From Luminiphilus sp. (GTDB lineage: Bacteria > Pseudomonadota > Gammaproteobacteria > Pseudomonadales > Halieaceae), in NCBI GenBank assembly GCA_029242325.1, contig JAQWUD010000010.1, positions 15,379 to 79,378 of the forward strand: a DNA stretch of 64,000 bases. Reading direction: 5' to 3'. Position 1 is the first letter of the stretch. Each line of letters starts with the position of its first letter. Made by a program: the position numbers and the translations under genes. Shown here piece by piece: positions 54,903 to 64,000 of the stretch. The notes beneath the pieces are model-generated. The model saw only the letters and a program-made list of their open reading frames with translations, had not been told where the DNA came from and made no database searches.

Positions 54903-56504
54903 TTAACGCGAAAGCGATGCACACTCTTCCCCCCCTTTGTTTTCAGGTGTCAAAACACTCCCCAGGCCGTTCAGTAAATCACTAGCAGTCAAGCCAATAC
55001 CATGTTCTCGCCAAGCGATGTCACCTGTCATAGCGTGCGCGAGCACTGCACCCTCCGCCACATCAGAAATAGTATGGCCCTGTGCCAACAGACCTCCCAG
55101 CAGACCGGCCAATACGTCACCCATCCCCCCGGTTGCCATGCCGGGATTGCCAGCATTGCAAATTCGGGGCACCCGCCCCTCCTCACCAGAATCAACGATC
55201 GTGCCCGCCCCTTTCAAAATGACCGCACTGGACCATTGCTTGGCCAAAGATGCACACCAACCAAGGCGATCAGATTCAATCGTAGCCACAGAGCAACCAG
55301 CCAATCGCGCTGCTTCGCCAGGGTGAGGGGTAAGGATCCGCAAGCTATTTCCTGCGGGCAGCGGCCCCTGCTGGGCGATCAAGTTAATGGCATCTGCGTC
55401 AATCACCAAGGGCAAACTGCTCTTGAGGACATAATCCAAGCACGCCTGTGCCCAATCATCCTGCCCCAACCCGGGACCCACTACGACAACGGAGGCACGC
55501 TCAATAATCTGGGGAAGACGGTCTGGAACGCTGATGTCAATCACCATCGCTTCAGGATGTCGAGCGAGGGCGGCCGACACGTGCTCTGCCCGAGTGGCGA
55601 GGGTAACCAGTCCCGCCCCGCTTCGCAGCGCTGCACCTGCAGCGAGGATAGCCGCCCCGCCCATCTCCGTATTGCCGCCGACCACCAACACGTGACCAAA
55701 ATGTCCCTTGTGCGCAGCAACGGCACGCGGCTTAGTCAAACTCGCCGGCAATTCCCTCGCGAGACATACCGCGGTGCTTCGGCCCTGCTCAAGAATGTGC
55801 GCGCTTGCCTCCAAACGCTCCAACAGCAACTCACCCACTGCATCCCGTGCGCTGCCAGTGAGCAATCCCGGCTTGGGGGCAATAAAAGTGACCGTGACTG
55901 TCGCCTTTACCACCTCAGAGGCAACCCCCCCGGTATCGGTATTGAGCCCGCTCGGCGCGTCAAGTGAGAGCACAGGCCGCTTGGCGCAATTAATACTGGC
56001 TACCAGCTCATTGAACGACTCCCGGACTTCATCATTCATGCCAATGCCCACCAACGCATCGACTAACACCTCATAAGGAAGCGCACCCCGATCCGTCGCG
56101 CAAAAATCAGCAGCGCTCGATGGCTCATGTCCCGTCGTGCATCGCCACGCATTAAATGCTTCCCGTGCCGTACCCTCGATACGGTCTTGGCAACCGAGTA
56201 GAAAAGTCTGACAGTCAAGGCCCGCCTCATGGATCAACTTGGCGATGACCCAGCCGTCTCCACCGTTGTTGCCTGTCCCACATAACACGCCAATGCGCTT
56301 TGCCGATGGCCACAGCTGGCGCAAGCGCCGAAAGGCTGCAGTACCAGCTAGCTGCATCAGCTGAAAATCTGTGAGGCACTGGTCTGCCGCGACCAGCGCA
56401 TCGACACGGCGCATCTCGTCCGCCCCGAAACATGGGCCACAAATCGGAACCAGAGTATTCCGCAATGGCTCCGCCAGGTCGGGATCAAGCGACTCAGGGC
56501 TCAC
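54903..56504 (-). CDS. nnr: Bifunctional NAD(P)H-hydrate repair enzyme Nnr (epimerase + ADP-dependent dehydratase)
   Basis: 533 aa. YjeF_N region (LCGTGNNGGDGWV) and a carbohydrate-kinase-like C-terminal domain (GHVLVVGGN...GGAAILA, TPHPGEAARL, GMGDVLAG). The start may be internal. Confidence 0.9.
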   Translation of the reverse strand: MSPESLDPDLAEPLRNTLVPICGPCFGADEMRRVDALVAADQCLTDFQLMQLAGTAAFRRLRQLWPSAKRIGVLCGTGNNGGDGWVIAKLIHEAGLDCQTFLLGCQDRIEGTAREAFNAWRCTTGHEPSSAADFCATDRGALPYEVLVDALVGIGMNDEVRESFNELVASINCAKRPVLSLDAPSGLNTDTGGVASEVVKATVTVTFIAPKPGLLTGSARDAVGELLLERLEASAHILEQGRSTAVCLARELPASLTKPRAVAAHKGHFGHVLVVGGNTEMGGAAILAAGAALRSGAGLVTLATRAEHVSAALARHPEAMVIDISVPDRLPQIIERASVVVVGPGLGQDDWAQACLDYVLKSSLPLVIDADAINLIAQQGPLPAGNSLRILTPHPGEAARLAGCSVATIESDRLGWCASLAKQWSSAVILKGAGTIVDSGEEGRVPRICNAGNPGMATGGMGDVLAGLLGGLLAQGHTISDVAEGAVLAHAMTGDIAWREHGIGLTASDLLNGLGSVLTPENKGGEECASLSR

Positions 56505-56534
56505 TCCGGTACTCGATCGCTCATGGTGGGCAAG

Positions 56535-57503
56535 TCATCCTCGAGACAGTTCCAGAACTGCCTCTGCCGCCGCCAGAGGGGTTTGCCTGGCATTGATCAC
56601 AGCAGCCTCGATTTCCGGGAGAGCAGCTCGCACAGCTGGGTGCTGCGCGAGCGAAGTACGCAACAATTCATCAATCAGCTGGCGCATCCAGGCCAAGTTC
56701 TGATCTGCCCTTGCTTGATCAAACGTGCCTTTCTCATCAGCAATCCTCCGATATTCACAGATGGTCTGCCAGATCGAATCAATACCGGTTCCTTTGAGTG
56801 CCGAGCACATCATCACGCTCGGCTCCCACACGTCGCCATGATTCAACAACGACATAGCGCCCCGGTAGTGCTGCTGAGTGATCCGCGCCAGCGTCTCGCT
56901 TTCTCCGTCGGCCTTATTTACCACAATGGCGTCTGCGAGCTCTAGAATACCTTTCTTGATCCCCTGCAGTTCATCCCCGCCGCCAGGCAGCATCAGCAAC
57001 AGGAAAAAATCCACCATTCCCACAACTTGATGTTCTGACTGCCCGACCCCGACTGTCTCCACCAGAATCACATCAAAACCCGCAGCCTCGCACAGGAGAA
57101 GCGACTCCCTCGTTTTGAAGGCGACCCCCCCCAGTGCGCGACCCGCCGGAGATGGCCTGATAAAAGCAGCCTCAGAACGCGACAATTTTTCCATACGCGT
57201 TTTGTCTCCGAGGATGGATCCCCCTGCCACGGGTGAGCTGGGATCAACAGCCAGAACAGCCAAGCGGTGCCCCTGATCGATCACGTGCTGACCAAAGGAC
57301 TCGATAAAAGTTGATTTACCCACACCCGGAACGCCCGTCACGCCCACTCTGATGCTTGCGCCCGTGTGAGGTAACACAGCATTCAACAAATTCTGCGCTG
57401 CAGCACGGTCCTCGGCCCGCTGACTTTCAACTAAGGTGATAGCTTTAGCGAGGGCGCGCCGGTCGCCAGCCAGAATGGCTTCAGCTTTTGGCGTTGACTG
57501 CAT
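56535..57503 (-). CDS. meaB: Methylmalonyl-CoA mutase-associated G3E GTPase MeaB/ArgK
   Basis: 322 aa with [24 protein letters not shown] and NKAD. Confidence 0.94.
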   Translation of the reverse strand: MQSTPKAEAILAGDRRALAKAITLVESQRAEDRAAAQNLLNAVLPHTGASIRVGVTGVPGVGKSTFIESFGQHVIDQGHRLAVLAVDPSSPVAGGSILGDKTRMEKLSRSEAAFIRPSPAGRALGGVAFKTRESLLLCEAAGFDVILVETVGVGQSEHQVVGMVDFFLLLMLPGGGDELQGIKKGILELADAIVVNKADGESETLARITQQHYRGAMSLLNHGDVWEPSVMMCSALKGTGIDSIWQTICEYRRIADEKGTFDQARADQNLAWMRQLIDELLRTSLAQHPAVRAALPEIEAAVINARQTPLAAAEAVLELSRG

Positions 57504-59628
57504 CGAGGACTTTTCGTGCCGCTTCCGGAATGGGCGTGCCAGGTCCGAAGATTAAGGCCACACCTTGATCTTCAAGAAAAGCGTAATCCTGCTGCGGAAT
57601 CACGCCACCGGCAATGACAATGATTTCTTCGGCACCCTGCTTCTTGAGTGCGCCAATCAACTGAGGCACCAAAGTTTTATGGCCCGCGGCCAGCGATGAG
57701 GCTCCGACAACGTGAACATCATTTTCAATGGCTTGCCGAGCCACCTCTTCCGGGGTGGAAAACATGGGAGACAGATCCACATCGAAGCCCACATCGGCAA
57801 ATGCTGTGGCAACCACTTTTGCCCCGCGATCATGGCCATCCTGACCCATCTTGGCGACCAACATTCGCGGCCGGCGACCGTGGCGCTCAACAAACGCATC
57901 GATATCCATAGAGATACCCTCCCAGTCGTCGTCGTCCCTGAACGCGGCGCCATAAACACCCGAGACGGTTTGCGCATTAGCCACAAAACGGCCAAAAGAC
58001 CTCTCCAAAGCGTCGGATATTTCTCCTACTGTAGCTCGACAGCGAGTCGCATCGATGGCGAGTGCAAGCAGATTGCCGCTGCTAGACTCTGCCGCCTGTG
58101 TGAGTGCATCAAGCGCTGCGCTCACCGTGGCATCGTCTCGTGCTTCCCGAATTTTTGATAAACGTGCAAGCTGCGCATCGCGCACCTGATCGTTATCGAT
58201 CTCTAAAATATCGACTTCGTCTTGCTCATCCACACGAAACTTATTGACTCCGACTATGACGTCTTCGCCCCGATCGATCCGAGCTTGCTTCTTCGCCGCA
58301 GCCTCTTCGATCCTAAGCTTTGGCAAACCGCTCTCAATAGCCTTCGCCATACCGCCGAGCTGGTCGATTTCCTGAATGAGCTTCCGTGCTTTCTCCGCCA
58401 TGTCATGCGTAAGCTGCTCCATCATATATGAGCCGCCCCACGGGTCTACCACCTGCCCAATGCCTGTTTCTTCCTGCAGGATCAGCTGAGTGTTACGCGC
58501 GATTCTCGCGGCGAAGTCTGACGGCAAAGCGATAGCTTCATCCAACGCGTTGGTGTGTAATGACTGGGTACCACCAAAGACGGCTGCCATCGCCTCAATC
58601 GTCGTGCGAACAATGTTGTTATAGGGATCTTGCTCAGTCAGTGACCACCCAGACGTCTGGCAATGGGTCCTCAGCATGCCACTCTTGGGGTTGCTCGGCG
58701 CAAACTCATCCACGATCTCGGCCCAAAGCAGCCGCGCCGCACGCATCTTGGCGATTTCCATGTAAAAATTCATGCTAATCCCCCAGAAAAAACTCAACCG
58801 GGGCGCAAAATCATCTATCTGAAGACCTGCTGCAATCGCGGTCTGGATGTATTCCTTACCGTCAGCCAGGGTATAAGCGAGTTCCAGCGCGGTGTTAGCA
58901 CCGGCCTCCTGCATGTGATACCCAGAAATCGAAATCGTGTTGAACTTGGGCAGGTTCGCTGAGCAATAGGCAATGATATCGCCGATGATCCGCATGCTGG
59001 GCGCGGGGGGGTAGATGTAGGTGTTGCGGACCATAAACTCTTTCAGAATGTCATTCTGAATGGTTCCGGACAGCAATGACTGGTCGACTCCCTGCTCCTC
59101 TGCAGCAACTATGTAGCCTGCGAGAACGGGTAGCACCGCCCCGTTCATGGTCATGGATACCGACACCTGATCAAGCGGAATACCGTCAAAGAGGATCTTC
59201 ATATCCTCTACGGAATCCACTGCAACCCCCGCTTTGCCCACGTCACCTGAGACTCTTGGATGATCCGAATCGTAACCACGATGCGTGGCTAGATCGAACG
59301 CCACTGAAATACCCTGGCCACCTGCCGCCAATGATTTTCGGTAGAAGGCGTTGGACGCCTCCGCCGTAGAAAACCCCGCGTACTGTCGTATTGTCCAACG
59401 GCGTCCCGCATACATCGTCGCCTGCGGGCCTCGTATGTAAGGGGATATACCGGGTAGCGTATCGGTATAGGGCAAACCCTCGAGGTCGTCGGCCGTGTAT
59501 AGCGCTTTCAGCGGGATATCCTCTGGCGTATGCCAGGTGAAATCTTTGGGCTTCAGCCCCTTACTTTGCTTCTCTACCAACTCGCCCCAGGCAGCTAGAG
59601 TTGCAGAATCCGGGTCGTACACACTCAT
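57481..59628 (-). CDS. Methylmalonyl-CoA mutase, single-chain (catalytic plus B12-binding domain)
   Basis: The ATG at 59628 gives 715 aa. Motifs [12 protein letters not shown] and C-terminal DxHxxG ([12 protein letters not shown]). Its 3' end overlaps the meaB start by 23 nt. Confidence 0.95.
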   Translation of the reverse strand: MSVYDPDSATLAAWGELVEKQSKGLKPKDFTWHTPEDIPLKALYTADDLEGLPYTDTLPGISPYIRGPQATMYAGRRWTIRQYAGFSTAEASNAFYRKSLAAGGQGISVAFDLATHRGYDSDHPRVSGDVGKAGVAVDSVEDMKILFDGIPLDQVSVSMTMNGAVLPVLAGYIVAAEEQGVDQSLLSGTIQNDILKEFMVRNTYIYPPAPSMRIIGDIIAYCSANLPKFNTISISGYHMQEAGANTALELAYTLADGKEYIQTAIAAGLQIDDFAPRLSFFWGISMNFYMEIAKMRAARLLWAEIVDEFAPSNPKSGMLRTHCQTSGWSLTEQDPYNNIVRTTIEAMAAVFGGTQSLHTNALDEAIALPSDFAARIARNTQLILQEETGIGQVVDPWGGSYMMEQLTHDMAEKARKLIQEIDQLGGMAKAIESGLPKLRIEEAAAKKQARIDRGEDVIVGVNKFRVDEQDEVDILEIDNDQVRDAQLARLSKIREARDDATVSAALDALTQAAESSSGNLLALAIDATRCRATVGEISDALERSFGRFVANAQTVSGVYGAAFRDDDDWEGISMDIDAFVERHGRRPRMLVAKMGQDGHDRGAKVVATAFADVGFDVDLSPMFSTPEEVARQAIENDVHVVGASSLAAGHKTLVPQLIGALKKQGAEEIIVIAGGVIPQQDYAFLEDQGVALIFGPGTPIPEAARKVLDAVNAKS

Positions 59629-60038
59629 TTTGTGCCCTCTGCTGGTTGCGACAGCTCGATCAGGACGCCATCGCAACTTTTGGGGTGAATAAAGATCACG
59701 CGCGCACCATGTGCCCCGCGCGTCGGCCCGTCACTGGTAAATTGGTAGCCCTTTGCTCGCAGTCGCGCCACATCTGCATCGATATCATCTGTTCGAAAAC
59801 ATAAGTGGTGGATGCCACCCCCCTTTTTCTCCAAGTAGGTCGCGATCGGTCCCCCTCCATCCAGCGGATGGACCAACTCAATATGGGTCTTGGGTACGCT
59901 AAAAAAAGCCGTCATCGTCTGCGCGGCCTCGACAACCTCGTTACCCTCATGCTGCAGGCCAAAATCTGTCAGGAATCGGGTCACGGCTTTTTCAAGGTCG
60001 GGTACCGCGATGGCGATATGGTCGAGCGCAGTAATCAT
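59625..60038 (-). CDS. Methylmalonyl-CoA epimerase (VOC/glyoxalase fold)
   Basis: 137 aa with [15 protein letters not shown]...IELVHPL...[15 protein letters not shown]...IFIHPKS..GVLIEL. ATGA overlap with the mutase. Confidence 0.9.
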   Translation of the reverse strand: MITALDHIAIAVPDLEKAVTRFLTDFGLQHEGNEVVEAAQTMTAFFSVPKTHIELVHPLDGGGPIATYLEKKGGGIHHLCFRTDDIDADVARLRAKGYQFTSDGPTRGAHGARVIFIHPKSCDGVLIELSQPAEGTK

Positions 60039-60061
60039 CGGATTATTTCCTGTAAACCACT

Positions 60062-62863
60062 TTATATGAAGAGCTTTACCAGCTCTGCGGTGTGCTGTGA
60101 TCGAACGGCTGAGATCTCCTTCTCGGAAAGCACCTCCACTTTCTCGTCGGGGGTCACTTTGAACAGCTGCTGCCCTTTGGCGATGATGACGCCATCGCCC
60201 TCAACCAACACCTCATCAACGGTGCCGGAAAAGGGTGCGAGCACCTTATTAAACATCTTCATCACCTCAACGATATAGAGCGGCTCCCCGACCTCAAAAT
60301 GATGGCCTGGCTCTACATAGATAGGCGCATCGGGCGCTTCCCGGCCGTAAAACATACCGCCACTCTCGGCCAAAATCTCATCCGACTTAGCAACAGGCGG
60401 CGGAGCCAGGAACTTAGACATCGCCTTCTGGTAATCCAAATCCAAAAGCCTCTCTGGGAGAGCAATGGTCATATCACTGTTCACTGCCAAATCGTAGAAG
60501 CGGGTAAAGCGCGCCACTGACGGCAGCAGCTCCAAAATTTCCATTCCGGCCTGAAAGCCGCGATGCGCGGAGAGAACCGCGCTCCACTCTCCCTCAGAAA
60601 CCGCCGCGGGAGCGGCCCCTGAGAGAAGACTCTTCACCGCGGGCCAATCCTCGCAGCCAAAGCGAGTGCCGAGCTCTGCATAAAAATCCTCGGCTTCACT
60701 CAATATGGCTAGGTCGTGGTCCCAGATCATATTGGCAGCCGGCAAGTGGTCACTCCAATCCAGCCGGAGAAAATGATAGGTATCGGACAACACTTCAATC
60801 GGATTTTCTGCCCACGAAAAATGGCCGTCGGTAAAGTGAAACGCTGCTTGATTCAGGCTAAGCCAGCCCGAAAGCAAGTGTGGCGATGCCATCAATTGCT
60901 TGATCGGGCGCAGCAACAAACTCTCTTTCGCGGCAAGGATTGATCGCGTTGCTGCTTTATCTTGACCGGCCGCATCGACGCGCGCACTGCAAAACAGTCG
61001 CCATGCCACATCCACGTCTACTCGCCCCGCCTCCTGTGCCAGCTCTCCGACCGCGGTCAGATAGGGAACGATAAATTGCGTCGTAGGTCGCGCATTGACC
61101 GTGCGCCCCAAAAACCACTGTACGAGGCCGTAGTGGAAGGCAAGATTGGTCTGCAGGTCCTTACCCCGCAGCCGGGTCGCTCTCAACACCTCGGCCATTT
61201 GCTCATAGGCTGCTTCGCGACTGTCTCCTATCGTCAACAGCAGCGCTATGTTGGAATCATATGCGCCTGCGAGTGTGTAATTCATAAACACATCGGTATC
61301 GGGGTTGTGCAGGCTAATCCCCTGATCGTCGCGGATTTCACCCTCAATCGGATCGGACCAAAACTGTACGATGCCGCCGGCACTGGGTTGCAGCGCGTCG
61401 TTAGTCGCGTTAAGGCGAGCTTCGAGACTGTCCGGTAGACGCGGCACCCTCTCCGGCTTGGGCAGCTTTGGTCCATGCATTGCCAGCAGCACCATCGCCT
61501 CGACCAGAGACTCGACCACAAAACTGTCCTTTGGGTCATCCGGGTTGCTGAAACGCATGCCGTAACAGAGCTCCGATACACGATGCTCCACCTGTATCCG
61601 GGTGTTCATTTCCATGAAGAAATGCCGGTCTCTGTCGACGATACATTCAAAGGTTGACACCGAATCAAGGCCTACAGCCTCGCCAAACCTTGCGGCCTCC
61701 GTCTCCATCGCATCCAGCGTAATCACGTCCTGCGCCAGAACCGCCATTTCCTCCTCGTTACCAGCCTGTCGCGCTCGCGCTTCGGCCGCTAACAGCGATT
61801 CGCGAGTGACAGACACCTCGAGCAATTTCTGTTCATGCATTTGCAAGGAGCAGTCACGACCACCCAATGTGATGCACCAATCCCCGTTCCCAATCACCTG
61901 AATTTCCTGATGGCGGGTTGTTTCGATATTGAGCTCAACTAAGACGTTTTTATTATCGCCTACGCCGGTCGTCTTGACTTCGTTCAGAATTTCTCGCACC
62001 AACTCGGGGGTTCGTGCAGCCTCGCCCAGAGGAACGATTCTCTGGCCCTTGCCTCCGCCACCGCCAATCGCCTTGAGTCTTACGCGATTCTGCGGATATT
62101 GTGCGGTCATCTTCAGCACCGCTTGCGTCAAGGTCTCGCCAAGTTCGTCAATGGTGTAAAGATCAATGCCCTTGCGGTAGCTCGCAGCCAAAATTCTTTC
62201 AGCAAGTCCGTCCAGATCCTCATTCGGATCCGGGACCCCCTCCAGCTCAAGGCCCTTGTCAGCAACCAACGCCAGCAGCGCGTCGCGATCAGGATACTTT
62301 CCCAGCACTGTCAGGGTTGTGCCATTGTCGATGCCTGGCGTCACCGACACGCCTGCGCGCAAAGCTGTCCGCTTGGCCTCATCCTTTAGTCCCGCCTGAC
62401 GCACCGTTCGTGAGCAGGGGCCAATAAAATTAAGCCCCGCGGCCTCCATAGCGGCGACCATTTGCTCATCCTCAGCCATGAAACCATAGCCCGCGAATAT
62501 CGCGTTGTAACCGTGGGCCCGCGCGATGCTGATAATGTCGCGTATGCGCTGTTCGCGCTCGTGTTTGGTAGCCCCACTGTAGTCCGGGACCCGGTGCACG
62601 CGATTAGGGTCGGTAAGGGTTCTCAACTCGGGCGCAAGCGCACCGCGATAAACGATTGAGTCCTTCTCGGACAACAAAATACCGTAACCATCGATGCCCA
62701 TCTCTGCAAAAACATCCATCGCCTCCTTGCGGATGGGCCCTCGACAGATGATCAGCGGCTTGAAACTGTCGCAACGGAACTGTTCTGACCACGCTGACGC
62801 GCGCAATTTTTGACGCCTGTCAGCATGAATAAGGGGGTTATTTAAATAATGGTGCGTGCCCAC
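60062..62863 (-). CDS. Acyl-CoA carboxylase alpha subunit, long form (biotin carboxylase with insertions, large middle domain, BCCP)
   Basis: 933 aa. BC motifs GYGFMAEDEQMVAAMEAAGLNFIGP, KAIGGGGGKGQRIV, GGRDCSLQMHEQKLLE and EMNTRIQVEHRVSE. C-terminal biotinylation motif EVMKM (Lys about residue 869). Confidence 0.85.
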   Translation of the reverse strand: MGTHHYLNNPLIHADRRQKLRASAWSEQFRCDSFKPLIICRGPIRKEAMDVFAEMGIDGYGILLSEKDSIVYRGALAPELRTLTDPNRVHRVPDYSGATKHEREQRIRDIISIARAHGYNAIFAGYGFMAEDEQMVAAMEAAGLNFIGPCSRTVRQAGLKDEAKRTALRAGVSVTPGIDNGTTLTVLGKYPDRDALLALVADKGLELEGVPDPNEDLDGLAERILAASYRKGIDLYTIDELGETLTQAVLKMTAQYPQNRVRLKAIGGGGGKGQRIVPLGEAARTPELVREILNEVKTTGVGDNKNVLVELNIETTRHQEIQVIGNGDWCITLGGRDCSLQMHEQKLLEVSVTRESLLAAEARARQAGNEEEMAVLAQDVITLDAMETEAARFGEAVGLDSVSTFECIVDRDRHFFMEMNTRIQVEHRVSELCYGMRFSNPDDPKDSFVVESLVEAMVLLAMHGPKLPKPERVPRLPDSLEARLNATNDALQPSAGGIVQFWSDPIEGEIRDDQGISLHNPDTDVFMNYTLAGAYDSNIALLLTIGDSREAAYEQMAEVLRATRLRGKDLQTNLAFHYGLVQWFLGRTVNARPTTQFIVPYLTAVGELAQEAGRVDVDVAWRLFCSARVDAAGQDKAATRSILAAKESLLLRPIKQLMASPHLLSGWLSLNQAAFHFTDGHFSWAENPIEVLSDTYHFLRLDWSDHLPAANMIWDHDLAILSEAEDFYAELGTRFGCEDWPAVKSLLSGAAPAAVSEGEWSAVLSAHRGFQAGMEILELLPSVARFTRFYDLAVNSDMTIALPERLLDLDYQKAMSKFLAPPPVAKSDEILAESGGMFYGREAPDAPIYVEPGHHFEVGEPLYIVEVMKMFNKVLAPFSGTVDEVLVEGDGVIIAKGQQLFKVTPDEKVEVLSEKEISAVRSQHTAELVKLFI

Positions 62864-62887
62864 TTGAAGTTATCTCCAGTCCGCGTA

Positions 62888-64000
62888 TCAGTGGAATTCA
62901 CGTTGTACGGATTGCATTGGCCCCGGTTCGTAGTGCCGGAGGCAAAATGCCAGCTGAGAAGCCAGCACCTGTCGCAGGTTGGCAGGCATGACAATCTCGG
63001 AAACGGAACCCAAGCTGAGCGCCTCTTCGGGGTTCATAATCTCTTGCTCGTAACGTTGCGCCAGATTGGCTTCATCGGCTTTTATTGCCGCAGTAATTAC
63101 TCGCTCTGCCTCAATCTGAGCCTCAGATGCCGACATGCCCCCTTTTTGCAGAGATTCGGTCTCCACTGCTATTCGCTCATCTCGGCCTGCTCGGATCTTT
63201 TTCAGCTCATCCTTATAAACATATTCAACGCCAGCGGGCCCCATCACTGCGACGCGGGTGGTCGGCAGCGCGACCACAAAGTCCGCTCCCGTTGAATAAT
63301 TATTGTACGACGCATAAGCACCTCCAAAAGCGTTGCGGATGAGCACCAAAAAGCGAGGCGTCCGCAGGTCGACAATGGCATCGAGCATTGCTCTGCCCGC
63401 CTGAACAATGCCGCGGTGCTCTTGCTCACTGCCAGGCAGGAAGCCCGTCGTATCCTCCAGGAAAATCACGGGAATGTTGTAGAGGTTACAGAAGCGGATA
63501 AATCGCGCATTTTTGTATGCGGCATCGATATCGATTTGACCCGAAGCAACAGCGGAATTATTGGCAACAAAACCCACGACATTGCCTCCCATTCTTCCAA
63601 ATGCGGTGATGGTGTTGCGCGCCCGGCCAGCCTGAGTCTCGAGAAAATCACCATGATCACAGAGCTGCTGAATCATGATGCTGATGTCAAACGGCGTATT
63701 AAATCCGGTGAGCGAATTGAACGCCTTTTTAAGAAGTATATCGATATCCAGGGTTTGACGATCCACGGGATCCGAAGTTTCCCTGAACGCCGCGAGGGTG
63801 CGATTGGAGTCGGGCAGGTACCGAAGCAGCTCTCGCACCTTCCTCAAGGCCGCAACCTCGTCCTCAACAACAAAGTCGGTCACGCCCGTCTGACTATGCA
63901 CCATCGGTCCACCGAGCTCATCAGGCGTAATGTCCTCCCCCAAAACACTTTTCACGACTCCAGTACCGGTCAGCCCAAAGAACGTATTTTTGGGCTGGAT
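62888..64000 (-). CDS. Acyl-CoA carboxylase carboxyltransferase (beta) subunit, C-terminal ~370 aa (the 5' end lies beyond the window)
   Basis: The frame stays open to the window edge. Motifs [58 protein letters not shown] and NAFGGAY. Confidence 0.88.
   Translation of the reverse strand: MQPKNTFFGLTGTGVVKSVLGEDITPDELGGPMVHSQTGVTDFVVEDEVAALRKVRELLRYLPDSNRTLAAFRETSDPVDRQTLDIDILLKKAFNSLTGFNTPFDISIMIQQLCDHGDFLETQAGRARNTITAFGRMGGNVVGFVANNSAVASGQIDIDAAYKNARFIRFCNLYNIPVIFLEDTTGFLPGSEQEHRGIVQAGRAMLDAIVDLRTPRFLVLIRNAFGGAYASYNNYSTGADFVVALPTTRVAVMGPAGVEYVYKDELKKIRAGRDERIAVETESLQKGGMSASEAQIEAERVITAAIKADEANLAQRYEQEIMNPEEALSLGSVSEIVMPANLRQVLASQLAFCLRHYEPGPMQSVQREFH

Noticed and set aside
55002-55967. 321-aa plus-strand ORF, and the neighbouring 129-aa and 122-aa ORFs
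   Set aside because: They are antisense shadows of nnr. The composition is Arg/Pro/Ser-rich and no domain is recognisable.

Overview
This window holds about 56 protein-coding genes from a moderately GC-rich gammaproteobacterial chromosome. NhaB, SulP and CPA2 transporters suggest a marine-type organism. Most of it is housekeeping DNA in four blocks that keep E. coli K-12-like gene order: (1) clpP-clpX-lon-hupB-ppiD; (2) gloB-yafS-rnhA-dnaQ; (3) serS-rarA-lolA-ftsK / trxB / aat-bpt-infA / clpA-clpS; (4) icd / rluE-mnmA-hflD-purB-roxA. Between these blocks lie ETF-QO with etfBA, a translationally coupled AddAB-type helicase-nuclease pair, nhaB, nudC and sohB. At the right edge is a five-gene propionyl-CoA to succinyl-CoA operon: carboxyltransferase, an unusually long BC-BCCP subunit, epimerase, B12-dependent mutase and MeaB. 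The only accessory-looking stretch is about 27.9-34.6 kb. It contains a tight pdo-sqr-sulP sulfide-oxidation operon, a C-terminal remnant of an MDR-type oxidoreductase gene, a lone tyrosine recombinase and a POTRA-less Omp85-type barrel. I found no rRNA, tRNA, CRISPR array or recognisable IS element by eye. Many long ORFs in the six-frame track are antisense or out-of-frame shadows of real genes, as expected at this GC content. I did not find a clear-cut novel multi-gene system. The best candidates for follow-up are the divergent long carboxylase pair, the AddAB-like pair, the integrase-flanked sulfide module and a His/Met-rich tandem-repeat periplasmic protein. All functional calls rest on motif and family recognition from the translations; no database search was run.
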